Shown: positions 1-12,371 of the stretch, in pieces
Layout: each line of letters starts with the position of its first letter
Numbering within the stretch: the stretch's first letter is position 1
Program-made: the position numbers and the translations under genes
Origin: Oopsacas minuta
Taxonomy: Eukaryota > Animalia > Porifera
Reading direction: 5' to 3'
NCBI GenBank assembly: GCA_024704765.1
Contig: JAKMXF010000304.1
Span: 273,909-337,908, forward strand
Length of the DNA stretch: 64,000 nucleotides
Notes under the pieces: model-generated
What the model saw: only the letters and a program-made list of their open reading frames with translations
Told to the model about the DNA's origin: nothing
Databases searched by the model: none

Positions 1-214
1 TCAGAGTAGATGTTCCATGTGTCCCTCTTTCATATTTATTACTTTTCCGAGGCGCATAGTAAAGTTTTGCATGACGGACTTCAATATGGGTTTTTTTATC
101 CCATGATAACGGTTCTTATGTTAGCTTTTAGTTCCACCAGTGTCTTAGGGTTTTTCGATAAAACGTGAGTGGTACAAAATATGCTCGGGTACATTTGTTT
201 TTTAGACCACCCTG
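1..214 (-). mobile_element. Tc1/mariner-family internally deleted remnant (one terminus plus transposase C-terminus)
   Basis: The minus strand begins TA|CAGGGTGGTCTAAA and soon reads NPKTLVELKANIRTVIMG*KKPILKSVMQNFTMRLGKVINMKEGHMEHLL*, a typical Tc1/maT C-terminus. The other end lies outside the window. Confidence 0.6.
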
Positions 215-659
215 TATTATTAATATAACTGACAAAACGAAGCTGCAAACGCAATTGGTTGAGTGCTAAATGCAAGGGGTGTTGATATTCTGTGCATACA
301 AATGCGTAAGTTTTACCCAGCTGTCGGATGATGGGCGGGAACTTGCAAATCCACTACCGTACAAATAGTTTGTATTCAATCCTAGCTTGGGATGCCCACC
401 TTTTCCATGTGCTAACAATGGCGCATTCTATATCTAGCGTAGCGTACTAGCCAAACCTAGATCACGCAATAACAAATTTTGAAAACCTTCTATTTCCTTT
501 ACTCTATATATTGCACCCTCTACAATCAAATAATCTGAATCTTCTCGTTTTCTTCCAACACGTCACAATTGTGTATTCCTTCAAAACTTGGATATAATTA
601 AAATGATAATTCTAAGTTTGGTGCTAAATTTATCCTTACTTAATTGTGTAATTATGTGA

Positions 660-2040
660 TAGATCTTCACAAGATGAAAACCTTTTTGTCACTTTGATTC
701 TGATGATATACTTGACACGGAACATACCTTGACATTGATGGTGAGGAGGAAAGATTATTGGTACTGCTGAATGTTCAAAGTCAGATGAGATAGAAGCAAC
801 CAAAATTATATATACTTCATGGTAACTAGTTTGTATAAGTACTGGGCTAGTGTTGTGCGTTTGTTCCCACTGACCAATCCTAAAGCAACAGATTGACCTC
901 CAATTACTCTCGCAAATAATTTCCAATTCTACTCACCCAGTACGAATGTCAAAGCTTCTAATGAAGTATTTTCTAAAATATAATATTACTTCATTTATAC
1001 TTTGTATTCCTTATACTTGCGCGGGAAGATACCAGGAATAATTTTACATATATAATAGTTCGTTTGCTGGGGTACTGGAGACCATTTACACGAGGAAAAC
1101 TAACAGCTCAGACCTTTGGTAGCTTTCGCCATTCAAGCATTGCTCTACCATAACTTGTAGAATATTTCACTGGAGAATGTGGATTCTCTCAAGTATTGTC
1201 ATCATTTATACAAAATGATCCAATTGAACACAATTTTGGATAATATCGACAGATGTCAGGGTCAAACTATAATGTTTCTGTATGTCAAGTACTAGAAAGT
1301 GAAAGGGTACTAAACTATTCAATATTCCCAAGTTATATCATCGGAAAGATTATGACCGTAAAGATAGAGGCTCCTTATGGAATTTATCAGTACACTTCAA
1401 ATCACGAAACGATATTGATCTTGGTTGTAGAGCTAGTTATGGTGATAAGATGTATGTTAATCACTTTACATGTGTTCTCTCTTTTGAAGATTTTCCCCCG
1501 AATTCTGATACAAGCAAGCTCAAGCTTCCTCGAAGGGTATGCAGCTTTTTCTTTGATAAGGAAATCAACTACTAAAACTTCAGAATTGTGCCCAGAATGT
1601 TACTCTTTTACTAACTGAGGATAGGTCTATAGAAATAGAAAATCTAGATACTAATTTCTCGCTGATTCAACTCCTAGATCGTGGCGGACCTAAATGACCA
1701 TCTAAACAAGTTCTTAACTCAGTTTTACAATCTGGAAGGTATTTACAAAGATGGAATATTAGGCATTTCTCAAAGATTTTCTACTATCGGATTCAAGATC
1801 AATTTTAGTGCACCTAACTATTCTTAAACTTGATAGTGAGGAGTTTGAAGACTTGGATTATGAGTGTTTCGATTGCTGTACTGAAGGGAAAGCCTTATTC
1901 CATTCACTTTTGACAACAGTAACAAATTATTTACTTAACAATAAGCAAGAATCTAAATATTCCCACAACAAATTCCAAGAGATCAAAGGAAATATATCAA
2001 ATGATCTTGAAATAATTAAATGTATTCATCATTGTATTTA
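660..2040 (+). pseudogene. P-element/THAP9-type transposase pseudogene (frameshifted, internally deleted)
   Basis: Frame-hopping translation gives FVTLI(LDE)IY, FMVTSLYKYWASVVRLFPL, GKLTAQTF...SFIQNDPIEHNFG*YRQMSGSNYNVSVCQVLESER and CPEC...LIQLLDRGGPK*PS, which match P-element transposase motifs. No TIRs found. Confidence 0.75.
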
Positions 2041-2215
2041 ATCATTTCCTATTTTATACTTGTGCTTGTACTGTGAAGCAATTAAATACCCATACTGCTA
2101 TATTTATGATAATAATACTTATTAGGTATAGGAATAAGTATAAAGTAAGTAATTAAAAAGTCTTCTGGATCTTATCCCTGATCTAAAGTACGTAGTGGAA
2201 TGGCCTTATGTTTAG

Positions 2216-3112
2216 TAGTGGTTCTCAACCTTTTCTGGGCTTCCCCCATGATGTTTAATCTCCCTTTTGACGCCCCACCCTCTCTTCAAATAATTTGAAA
2301 TTTTGTTGTTTTAATTCAAATTCACTGTAATTAATGCAAACCTTGTAATTGCTTATTAGATGCTAATATATCAATATCTGGACTATAACTTGATGTTGAT
2401 ATCCTTAAATCTTCTCTGAAGTCAAGTTGCCTGCGGTGTTTTGACCTAAGAAAATTTCCTGAAGAAAACGTTTTCTCACAAAATATGTTAGAAATGGAAG
2501 CAAAAGCAATCTTTCAGCTGCTGTTTTGAAAAGATTTGGTGTTACCCCTTCACTAAAAACCAGAATTTAGTTTTGTTTGCACAAGAATATTTAGCTTTTG
2601 CCTCCTCATTTGCCTGTAAATATAATGACTCCTCTACTAGTATGTTGTCTAAGTCCATCATATCTTCCAGTGACATATCCATCGGGGTTAGCAGGTATTT
2701 AGAGATTGATGGAACGTCAGAGAAGGGATTGGATGCCATATTATTCATATTATTAGAATTCACATATCGATTACGTATTCACAATTGAAATCATAATATT
2801 TATTGTCATACAAAAGCAATGTATATTTGTCAGATGCATGCCATCTTTTCGAACCCTTATATTGTAGCGCTTACAAAGTATTAACAATAATTATATCTGA
2901 ATACTAACTTTATCGACGTATAATGCAAATGGGTTTGTAAAAGAGCGAGGAACTGAATGCAAAGATATAAAACAAGTAGCGATAGCGAGGAGCCTCCTCT
3001 GACTAAATTATTTACGCAGACCCCAGGTATAGATCACTCCAAATATGTATCCCCCCTCTTCGGTATTGCTCTCCCCCCAATGGGGGGATATTCCCCTGGT
3101 TGAGAAGCACTG
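2216..3112 (-). mobile_element. Non-autonomous hAT (Buster/Charlie-type) with transposase C-terminal remnant
   Basis: TIRs TAGTGGTTCTCAACC (2216-2230) and GGTTGAGAAGCACTG (3098-3112). Minus strand 2330-2790 reads NPF...EESLYLQANEEAK...FWF...LLPF...KHRRQLDFREDLRIS, the hAT dimerization region. Flanking 8-mers do not match. Confidence 0.8.
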
Positions 3113-3368
3113 GGCTATGGTGTAGCTAGCAGTTGTTAGGGGTGCTGGCAACCCTAGTGCAACACTGAATTACTGGGGATGCTAACAACCTCTGTATTGC
3201 TGTGGTCGTTAGAAACGCTAACTATCTTTCAGTATATATTATGCAATATTCTCAACTGAGAGTAAAAGCTAGCAGGTATATGCCAATTCATATCCTAAAA
3301 TTGTTGTTACTGATATGATATATTGTTCAATGATGGGACTGAATGTAGCAGCGACCTATCGTCTACAG

Positions 3369-4451
3369 CAGACTTGTCCAACCTACGACCCGCCAACATG
3401 CTCGGCAACTGTTACCAGTTGGTGGTGATATTTAATTGTATGAAACCTATTTGAGCGAACTCAATTAAGAGAAACCCAATATTCGAAACCAAATTAAATG
3501 AAAGCATTTTCAGAAAAGTGTGATTTCAATAACTTAAAATCCTTAAATAACTTCGTAATTTAGTTTTGATCGAGTAATTATCTGTCACATAACTGGGTTT
3601 CTATCAACTGGAACAGCTCATATAAAATCCAAATAATAAACCACTTAAACAATACTAAAATAACTGCAAAACAAATATGTTAACTCCCGTGATTAAAGCA
3701 AAGAAAAGGAAAATTGATAGTTAATGTCGAGTTTTCAAATCCTCATGGACATTAGATTTTTTCATTGTAGAACACAACGAATGCTTATTGTGCTTGATAT
3801 GTCAGGAGAAGATAGCTGTATTCAAAGAGCATAATATCAAATGACCTGACTCTACTAAACATGCAGATACATTTGACACGCTTACAGGTCAGGTGATCCG
3901 TTTGGAACTGATGCCACTAATGCTCCTGAAATGTTCCAACTGGAACTAATTGAAATACAAAATAACTCGGAGAGAAAGAGAGCTTTTGCAGGGCATGACC
4001 TTCTGACATTTCATGGTCAAAATGTTACATCGGATCAATTTCCTAATTTATCGCCACACTCCCTTCGGTTCCTTTCCTTTTTTGGCAGTACGTATTGCTG
4101 TGAACAGCTTTCTCAATGATGAAAAATATTAAAAGCAAGTCTAGTTCACTCCTGACAGACACGCATCTATCAAGAATATCACGGATTGCGACATCAAGCG
4201 TACGAGCAGATATTGACCCTTTGTGTGAACAAACACAAAGTCAGATATCCCATTAGATATGTTCTTTATCATTAAAGTTTACTATAATTTAATAAAACAT
4301 GTAGTGATTTTTCAATTCTGAAATAATCCGTGTTAACGCCATCCCCAAATAAATAACATCATGCTACCTTAATATATCTAACGTCGTGCGGCCCTCAAGT
4401 AGTTAAAGAAGCCTTTATTCGGCCCGCGAACAAAAAGATTGGACAAACTTG
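3369..4451 (+). mobile_element. Non-autonomous hAT (SPIN/GTF2IRD2-like) deletion derivative with perfect 8-bp TSD
   Basis: Ends CAGACTTGTCCAA / TTGGACAAACTTG; TSD GTCTACAG at 3361-3368 and 4452-4459. Contains the N-terminus (KRKIDS*CRVFK...LCLICQEKIAVFKEHN) joined to the C-terminus (FGSTYCCEQL...LTDTHL...IATSS). Confidence 0.9.
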
Positions 4452-4559
4452 GTCTACAGTAACCATAAATGCATCTTTAGTCTCCCTTGATAAGCGTCCT
4501 AATACCCAGATCCCAAAGAGCTTACTACCGTAGTGGTATTTTCTCTTCTCAAATTTCAC

Positions 4560-6139
4560 TTCTCGGACAGGGCTACGACAATGCAGCAAATATGTCTGGC
4601 AAATATATTGGTACTCAAAAGCATATAATTACCGTCAGTCCTTTATGCTTATACTCTCCTTGTGGCTGCCATTCATTAAACCTGCTTAGAGCGGATTCTG
4701 CTGAAAGCTGCACCGAAGCTGTCACCTATTTTGGCATGGTTCAAACAGTCTACAAACTTTCTCTAGTAGTCCTCACCGATGACACATACTACAACTCCAC
4801 ATTGCATGCTGTCTTCATGGCTTGTCCGGAACAAGATGGATGGATCGTGCTGCTAGTGTACGGCCATTCGCAGCTCATCTATCTGGCCTAAAAGTGGCAC
4901 TACAACAGTTCCTATCTCTGAAATTACTCCGGAGACAACCACCGATGTAAATGGAGTCATAAAGTACGTGTCATCGTTCAGCTGCGTTGTAATGTCTTCC
5001 ATATGGTCAAAAGTCCTAGTGGCAATTGACCAAAGAAATCAAATCCTCCAAGCAAGAAAAGCAACAATTGATGTTGAAGTGTCCAACTTAAAGAGTCTAC
5101 TTAAAGACTCAAAAGAGCTGCGGGAGAAATGGTCTTTGATTTTAAGTGAATGTACTTTGGTGGCCAGTGCTGCGATCATTCCGGCCGAATTTCTAACCAA
5201 GCGTAAAGAAAGCGAAGAGCTTTTTTACAACGAACCACAAGATGAGAAAATGGCGGAATCAACTGCAAATGATCAGAGTGCTGAGAGCGAGGAGGAACTT
5301 GCATTCATGCAAAATGTAATTTACGTGATTGTGGATTCTGTTATAACAGGTCTAACAAAACGCTACGATTCCGCAAATAGCATCAACGATCTCTATAGCT
5401 TTCTTTGGCGATATTTGAATTAATCGGAAGACCAAATTATTTAGGGCTGTGAAGTCTTTGGAAAGAAGTATTCTGATGTTATTTCTCAACACGATTTGAG
5501 AGAGGAGGTGATTCATCTTAAAGCCATCCATATTGCTAATTTTGGAAATGAATCTTTGTGTCCTCTAAATCTTTTGAACACTATTAGAAAATTTAAGTTA
5601 GATGAAATATTTTGCAATATCTGTACTGCATTGAGGATGTTCTGCACATTGCCTGTTACCGTTGCTTCCGCCGAACGTTCGTTTAGTAAGTTGAAACTCA
5701 TCAGGACCTTTCTGAGAAGCACTATGAGTCAGGGATGACTGAACGATCTCGCAATATTGAGCATCGAGGCTGAACTTGCAAAGCGTATTGACTTTCAAGA
5801 CATAATCAATGATTCTGCTATGAGGAAGGCACGCAAAGCTTTCTGTAAATTACACTGACCGTGAATTTGTGTATTTTTCCGTTTGTAACTACAATAACCC
5901 TTGAAGTACTAGCTTTGTAGTATTAGTTTTTTCATTTATACTACTTAACATCATAAACTCCATAGCTATATAGCAATAGGCTATTTGAAATTCATAAAAT
6001 ATAAGAGTAAATAGGATTGTATTTATTTAAATTTTTTAATATATATATAATACGAATGCAATAGTTTGCGTTTTTTTATTCACTTCACGATAACGGAACA
6101 AAATATCAGAGGGGCCCGCTCGCGCTCTCGACGCCCCTG
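4560..6139 (+). mobile_element. 5'-truncated hAT (ZMYM1-like) transposase pseudogene with right TIR
   Basis: GQGYDNAANMSG, SPCGCHSLNL, GTRW and LPVTVASAERSFSKLKLIRTFLRSTMSQ (hAT dimerization domain), stop at 5856-5858. Right end reads GCGCTCTCGACGCCCCTG at 6139. Confidence 0.85.
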
Positions 6140-6948
6140 ATCGGAACAACATTAATTTTGGAACTTGAAATGCGAAATTTGGAATCAGCCCACTCGATTT
6201 CTCTAGTATAATCTTATAAACAAAGTTGCTGGGACTATTTACAATGCTTTTACATTATATACATAAACAACACACACACATCCAGATTACTAGACAATAT
6301 CATATTTGGAATCAGCATACTCAAATATGCTAATGTAGTAATTGTTTACTCCACATATACCACCAACAGAAGGTTAGGTTATTCACTAAATCGATCTAAT
6401 TATAAAAATGCAGAATGTATACTTAAAAGGCGATAAATTAGACTATCCGTGTCAACTCAAGTTTTCTTAGAACTAAACGTGTGCAAAATGTAATCACTTC
6501 ATGGTTTGGCCAAATGCAAACTAAACATGGAAATATTACTTCATCATGAATGTAAAGAAATATCAAAATTTCTAGAATTTTGATATATTTAGAATTCATA
6601 ATACTAGAGGGATAAATTGACCAGATTACTAATTACAAGTCACTTAGAAGCTCGAGGATTATCCCACAAGGCCATTAAATGGAATTTCGATAGAAAATGG
6701 ATAATAAAAATTTAATATTTATGCAAAGAATACCTCAAGATACGTAGGCCGACCCAGTCGCATAGCAACCAAAAGCATCAAGAAATTATGTTGTAGAATT
6801 ATAGAGCTGCCTTGAGCTACTAAGCTGTCGCGAAGCGATCTGGTGTGGGTATACCGATTTCGAGCTAATGAAAATGTCAATACGTGCATACAATCAAGGA
6901 GATATTAATTAAGTAGATAGACATCCCAAGTTAGCGCAAATAACACCT

Positions 6949-9874
6949 CACAGTGTGGCAAAAAGGCGAAAATGAGGGATTAGCCAAATTGTAACTTCAA
7001 ATCGATAATATTTGTATTATACTTATATATGAAATCGACCCCGTACATTTCACTGGACAAGTCAAATTTTTAATTAACCCACTCAAAATATGTGAGGATG
7101 ACGTCATCACTAAAATCACTAATTCATAATTTTAATAGATTATCAGGGATTTATAAAGGGTATCCTGTTCAGATGTTTCAAGCATGCTATCTTCGTTTGA
7201 TTTAGCCTTTCTAATACTTTTGTGACGATTTAAAACCAATACAGGGTCACTGTAGCACAAAAGTCTGACTAAAATATCACGAAAGTTGTCAGAAAAGGAT
7301 GTTTTTCTTGTTAAATTTTCTCTATACCTTCTGACATACTTATTGCAAGCCTCTAAACACTCTTCAGAAAGGTTTTGTAGTCCATAACCATGATTATAGC
7401 AATAAATTATTTGAAAACAATGAGCAAGCAGTTTATGAAGAAAGGGAGAGATGCTTACCCAAGGAAAGTGATTCAAAACAATTTCATACGTTTCCTTGCA
7501 AAGATTTTCAAGACCATGACAATTAATGTGGTCTTTGCTGTTAACTATCCTCAAAATCACCGAGAGGTTGTTTTGAATCATTTTAAGGGTTGGTTTATCA
7601 ACTGGGTTAATAGTGGAGGTAGCGCATCTGAAGAAATCTCTTTTATCTCGAAAACAGTCTCGTGCAACATTGCCAGTTGTTGAAGTCCCCCCTTGACTAG
7701 AAGGAATATCGATTTTGATACTACATTTGGCTTCTATAATTGATCTTATTCGTTTCAAAGAATCCTGTACTTTTGTGCATGTAGGTGACCACTTTTTACA
7801 ACCTGCGTCTAAGTGATATATGAGTAACATATATCACCTAAAGACACAGAGATACGCATGCAATGGAGAAGCTGCTAAGATGTTTATTTCGGAAGTAGGG
7901 TGGTGGGTAATGCCACAGCGTTTTTTGGAAGGTAGGGCAAATATTTCGTCCTCATTAATATCGTCAAATAGTTGATTAGCATCAGCAATGTATCTATTAA
8001 TTGGAAAACCTGATCTGGCCGACTCTAAACTATTGATTTCCTTTCCTGTGGCCGTGCAAAGATGACATGATGCACCACCCGCTCCATCTAATAGACCTGC
8101 CATTTTGGTATCAAATATAGATCGAATAATTTCTACTTTTATGTGACGATTTTCAACTGCAATTCCTTGTTCTACAATTAATTTAGTTGCGGGATTTATG
8201 AGTGTATCCATAATAAATTTAACGTTTTCGTGATTTTCCTTCAACGCAATTAAGCAGACTGCTCTGAATGAAAAAGGTGAATTGGGGGAAGTATTGACGT
8301 ATAATGAGAAACCTGTGTTATCTGTTATACTGAGAACTTTAAATCCGAATAGAATAATACTGTGTGTACCTAAACCTAGATTTGAGTTCACTTGGTTGTA
8401 AGAATTGTGTGAGCCTGATCCATCTAGACCGTCTGCAATTCGAACTGACAAAGGATATTGTGAGTTGTTTACAATGGAATCGAAGCTTAGAAGATGTCAC
8501 TGAATGGTTAGTTCGAGTATTTCGAAATAAGAAACTGATACACCAATAGAGTTACCTTCGGGGTTAGTGACAAATAAAACACTTCGTGAAAGAGAAATTT
8601 CTTGACGGTATTGCGATATTAATTATAGGATGGAAATACGATGTCTTGTTTCAGTAATTTCTTCAACTGTGTGTATTGAATGTTCCAATTTCGAGAAGAT
8701 CTATTATATAACTTGACATAGGTATCTAAACTTACTTTACATTTCCGTAACGTGCCTGTTGCGATTATTTCTTTGCATATACTGGAAGTTTCTCGATCAT
8801 ATTCCTGGATAGAAATTAATTCCAGAGCTAAAGCAGCAACTTTCTTCTCGTCAACCTGCTCCCTTTGGGCAACGAACTGAATATGCTTTAGCAAAACGTT
8901 CAAACGGTTTCGAGCAGCTTTCATTGTGAGTTTGAATAATGGTTTTCTGATCTCTGTTAGATTCTCTTCAATAAATGAGTGCTGCTCAGGGATAGAATCG
9001 ACTGTGTCAATCGACATTTGTGATCCAGAGTTACAAGTAGTGACTGAATAAAACTCCATACCCTCCCAAACATTTAAGTTGTAAATCTTCTGGTAATGAT
9101 CTCTGGATTTTCGAAGATTTCTTAATTTCCAACGAATAGTTTCAAACAGATCATCTGACAAGGAATGAACTTCAATTATCTGACGAGCTGCACCAGAACA
9201 ATTCCAACCATGTGATTTATAAATATCGTATGCTTCTTTTTGTGTAATAAATGTTTAATCCATTGAACTGGTGGAAGGAAGTAATGTCTAGTAAGTATCA
9301 ATAATGGGATAAATAACACAAGTTTGAAATTGAGCCGATCCCAGGGAAATTTGGATTGAAATTCGAAATGGGTGGAGAATGGGGCGCTAAAAATTGTATT
9401 AAATTAAGGGTAGTACAGTACTTTAACATTGTTAAAAATATAGAGGCCCCATATTGTACCCATTTAAAAATCTACCTCTGAGTATGCCGAAATACATCCC
9501 GAAATTTGGTAATTTTCGGGGTTTCGAAAAAGAGTTCTCTCAAAAATTTCTATTAAGTTTGGGAAATATTAATGTTCAAAGTTATGATAGTGAATACTTA
9601 TAAATGAATCACGAATTGAATTACTTGCAAGTAGGCATTTGATTGCATCTACTGCTAGAATTTATGATAACGTAATTATAGTTCGGAAAATGTTTTGAAA
9701 CCTTATAAAATTACGTCATTAGACAATGAGAATTTAAATTCACAAATAGAAGCTGAACCACAGTAAACACAATATAGTTGTATTCTCGACAGACTATTGA
9801 ACAATATTAGAACAATTATAGATAGTTATGAGACCACAAAAAATTTGGCTAATTCTAGATGATGCCACACTGTG
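6949..9874 (-). mobile_element. Transib / RAG1-like transposon with RSS-like asymmetric bipartite TIRs
   Basis: Both ends start CACAGTGTGGCA (6949-6960; reverse complement at 9863-9874). Inner 12-mer ATTAGCCAAATT at 6979-6990 and, reverse-complemented, at 9842-9853. CACCT precedes the left end (6944-6948) and follows the right end after one extra G (9876-9880). Confidence 0.92.
7132..9263 (-). pseudogene. RAG1-core-like (Transib) transposase, about 710 codons, with in-frame stops and at least one frameshift
   Basis: Three track ORFs join into one frame-broken CDS: GLDGSG (RAG1 D600), FDTKM (D708), SCHLCT (C727/C730), SPLHAYL, TTGNVAR, LHKLLAH (H937/H942), SEECLEACNK (E962), C-terminal SDP. 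In-frame TGA at 7834-7836 and near 8500; frameshift near 8620; probable ATG at 9263 is followed by an early TAA. Confidence 0.9.
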
Positions 9875-11395
9875 GCACCTTCCACCAAATACAACATTTT
9901 AGAGAACTTTAATGGCTCTATCACCCAATATATTGTCTAAAAAGATTGTAAGAATGAAGACGTCACCATCATTAAAAAGGTCTAAAATAAACAACGATCC
10001 CTTCAGAATGGAATTTTCTTCAAAGAAATACTTTTATCCAGAATTAAATTGCAGGCAACGAAAATTCAAGAGAAAAAATGAATATAGTTCACAAACACTA
10101 CCAAGCAACTAATTGCTGTTACTAAATAGGTTGTTAAGACATAATATCCTTGCGAAATTGGATTGTCGCATGAAAGTCCACAAGCCTAATACAGAGGAAC
10201 TTCCAGATAGGAGAATCTCCATTAGCTAAACTTTGGAGCAGTTTTCAATGATTCAGGAGAAACTAGCGATTTCCATAATATTATTTCAAGTTGATATATT
10301 AGGGGAGGTGAAGCTGAAAATATTTAGGAAACAGGTGTAATAGACAGAGAGAGAACAGCAGCATCTGATGAAAATCAACAAACATTTTACAAATGAACAA
10401 GAAAGGGCTGGTTTTAGTACAAACTTAGCAGAATCAGGGCCTAGTCTAAATAAAAGTCCTAGAAAAACATCTGATAACTGATCTACAGTACCTCTAATCA
10501 CTTTGTAAACGAAGCACTGATTATGTATTACAATATTCTATAGTAAATTTCATTATAATTACAATATAAATGAAAAACATCAAACGTTTGGTTGGTACTA
10601 AACAAATATCTGATCAGGGCTCTAGCGAGCCAATGGAAAATTAGCAGCTATGTTATGTTAGCTTGGTATTCTACATTAATAGGTAGGGCGGCCCAGGCAG
10701 CACCACATAGGGCGACTCTGGATAAAAATTAAAGTTTGTTCGTGCAGATCATTACAATAGGGGTCCAAACCTTCTTCACAAGTGAAGCCCATTTAACGCT
10801 TTCTCTCTACTCTATGCCATACGCTGCAATACAAACTTTGAGTTCCTATGGGACTACAGACGTACATGAACAAAAAAGGGATAGATGAACCCCAGGTTGA
10901 CCTAAACCACCTTGCATTTAGCATACAACAAGACCCTATAAAATAGACATCATTTGTAGTTGACCATTTCCTTTGTTCTGTGCTTTGTCAGTTATATCAA
11001 GATTAGAGTAATTAGTTTTCAGTAAAAGGCTAATAAATATTCGTCAAATACAACATACTTAACAATAATTATGCTGAATAAATAAACATATAACACAGAA
11101 TATAGATAAATGAGAATAACTTCAATAACTAAGTGAGCGGAGTATTATGATGGTAGTAATAATGCATAAATCAGTACAAATTGACCAAAGTGACTAATGC
11201 AAATAGTAAAATGATTCATCGTTAGAGTTTCACAATAAATGCGTCAAAACAGGTATGCATATGTAAAAAGCAATTCCGGCGAGGAGTCAAATGGACCAAT
11301 AAATATTCTTATGGATTGAATAATTATCTTACCAAACGACAGATAAATAGTACCAATTATCTCCCCCAGAATCTAATCAAATTCGAATTTGAAAT

Positions 11396-11870
11396 AAGTG
11401 TAACCTCTACAAGTGGGGTCCCTACAAATGGGGAACCACTATAAGCGGGTCTAGCTTCATTCATTTCGAGAGAACGAAAATCTGTAGCCAGCGATAGAGA
11501 AGTAGGGCCGACTTCAGGTATAATTATGCCTCATACAATATATATTTACATCTGCAACTGGCGAAATATACAATAAATTTTAGTGAATAATCGATTTTTG
11601 CGTTCATTATGCAAAGAAACACGTTTTGTAGCTATGATGAATTGAAATCTTTGAGGTTTCTCAGAAGATATTCTCCTACAAATTTATATATTCAAGAAAT
11701 AACTTTGGGGCATATTATAACCAGCAAATATCAATGAAAAACAGCGGTTGGCTATACATATTGACTAAAAATCTCTGACTAAAGTAGTTTACATTCAAAA
11801 AATAAATGTGGAATGGGAACTTATCAGGTATTCACCCTCCCGACATCGCCCACTTATAGAGGTTCTATTG
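11396..11870. mobile_element. pogo/Tigger-like MITE
   Basis: Left end AAGTGTAACCTCTACAAGTGGG; right end CCCACTTATAGAGGTTCTATTG followed by TA. The same terminus recurs at 57765-57811. Confidence 0.6.
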
Positions 11871-12178
11871 TATGTGTATGTATATATTGATAATTGAAAA
11901 ACAAAAATAAAATCTAAGCTAAAGAGTAAGTTTGGTGAAAACGCTTCTATTAACTCACTATACTTAATAACCCAATCAGGTATAATTTATACTAAATGAT
12001 CAAAAATATGCAGCTGAAATATATATTAAACCGAGTAAAACTGAAAATACCAAGAGTATGAAATGGCGTGGTGTCACCACCTACACTACCCACGTTGGAA
12101 GGGGCGCTAGAAAAGATGATACCTGGAAGATGATCGATAAAAATAAGGATATATACAAAAAGTCATAATAAGACGTAC

Positions 12179-12371
12179 AAATCTTGGTCATTGTTGGCAT
12201 AATTGTAAGTTTCATCATAACGTCCCATTAATCCACTAATAGAACTGGCTCTGATTAGATGTAATTGAGATTGAAAACGTATAGAAAGTGTCTGTGGAAC
12301 TAAGGTAGGCGGTTTACCAAGTAGTGGACTGGAGGTAGAAAGAGAAATAGAGCAATTTTTCCAATTCTCAC
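12179..12371 (-). CDS. DUF4140/DUF4139 (F37C4.5-like) host gene, exon 4
   Basis: Acceptor TTTTAG|GT GAG AAT TGG completes the phase-1 codon of exon 3, giving QGT-G-ENWKNCSISLSTSSPLLGKPPTL (family motif TGEDW..a.isLSTa.P). Likely donor GTACGT at 12178. Confidence 0.75.

Noticed and set aside
6956-6990. Canonical RSS nonamer (ACAAAAACC) at 12 or 23 spacing
   Set aside because: Not present. GCAAAAAGG lies only 2 nt from the heptamer and at one end only; the shared inner box is a different sequence.
6140-7131. RAG2-like gene convergent with the RAG1-like ORF
   Set aside because: Only about 180 bp lie between the stop codon and the TIR, and no kelch- or PHD-like ORF is visible inside or just outside.
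7834-7836. TGA read as Trp (alternative genetic code)
   Set aside because: The same pseudogenes also carry TAA/TAG stops and frameshifts, and host exons use TGG for Trp.
7390-8549. Plus-strand ORFs 7390-7683 and 8364-8549
   Set aside because: Antisense shadows of the Transib coding sequence.
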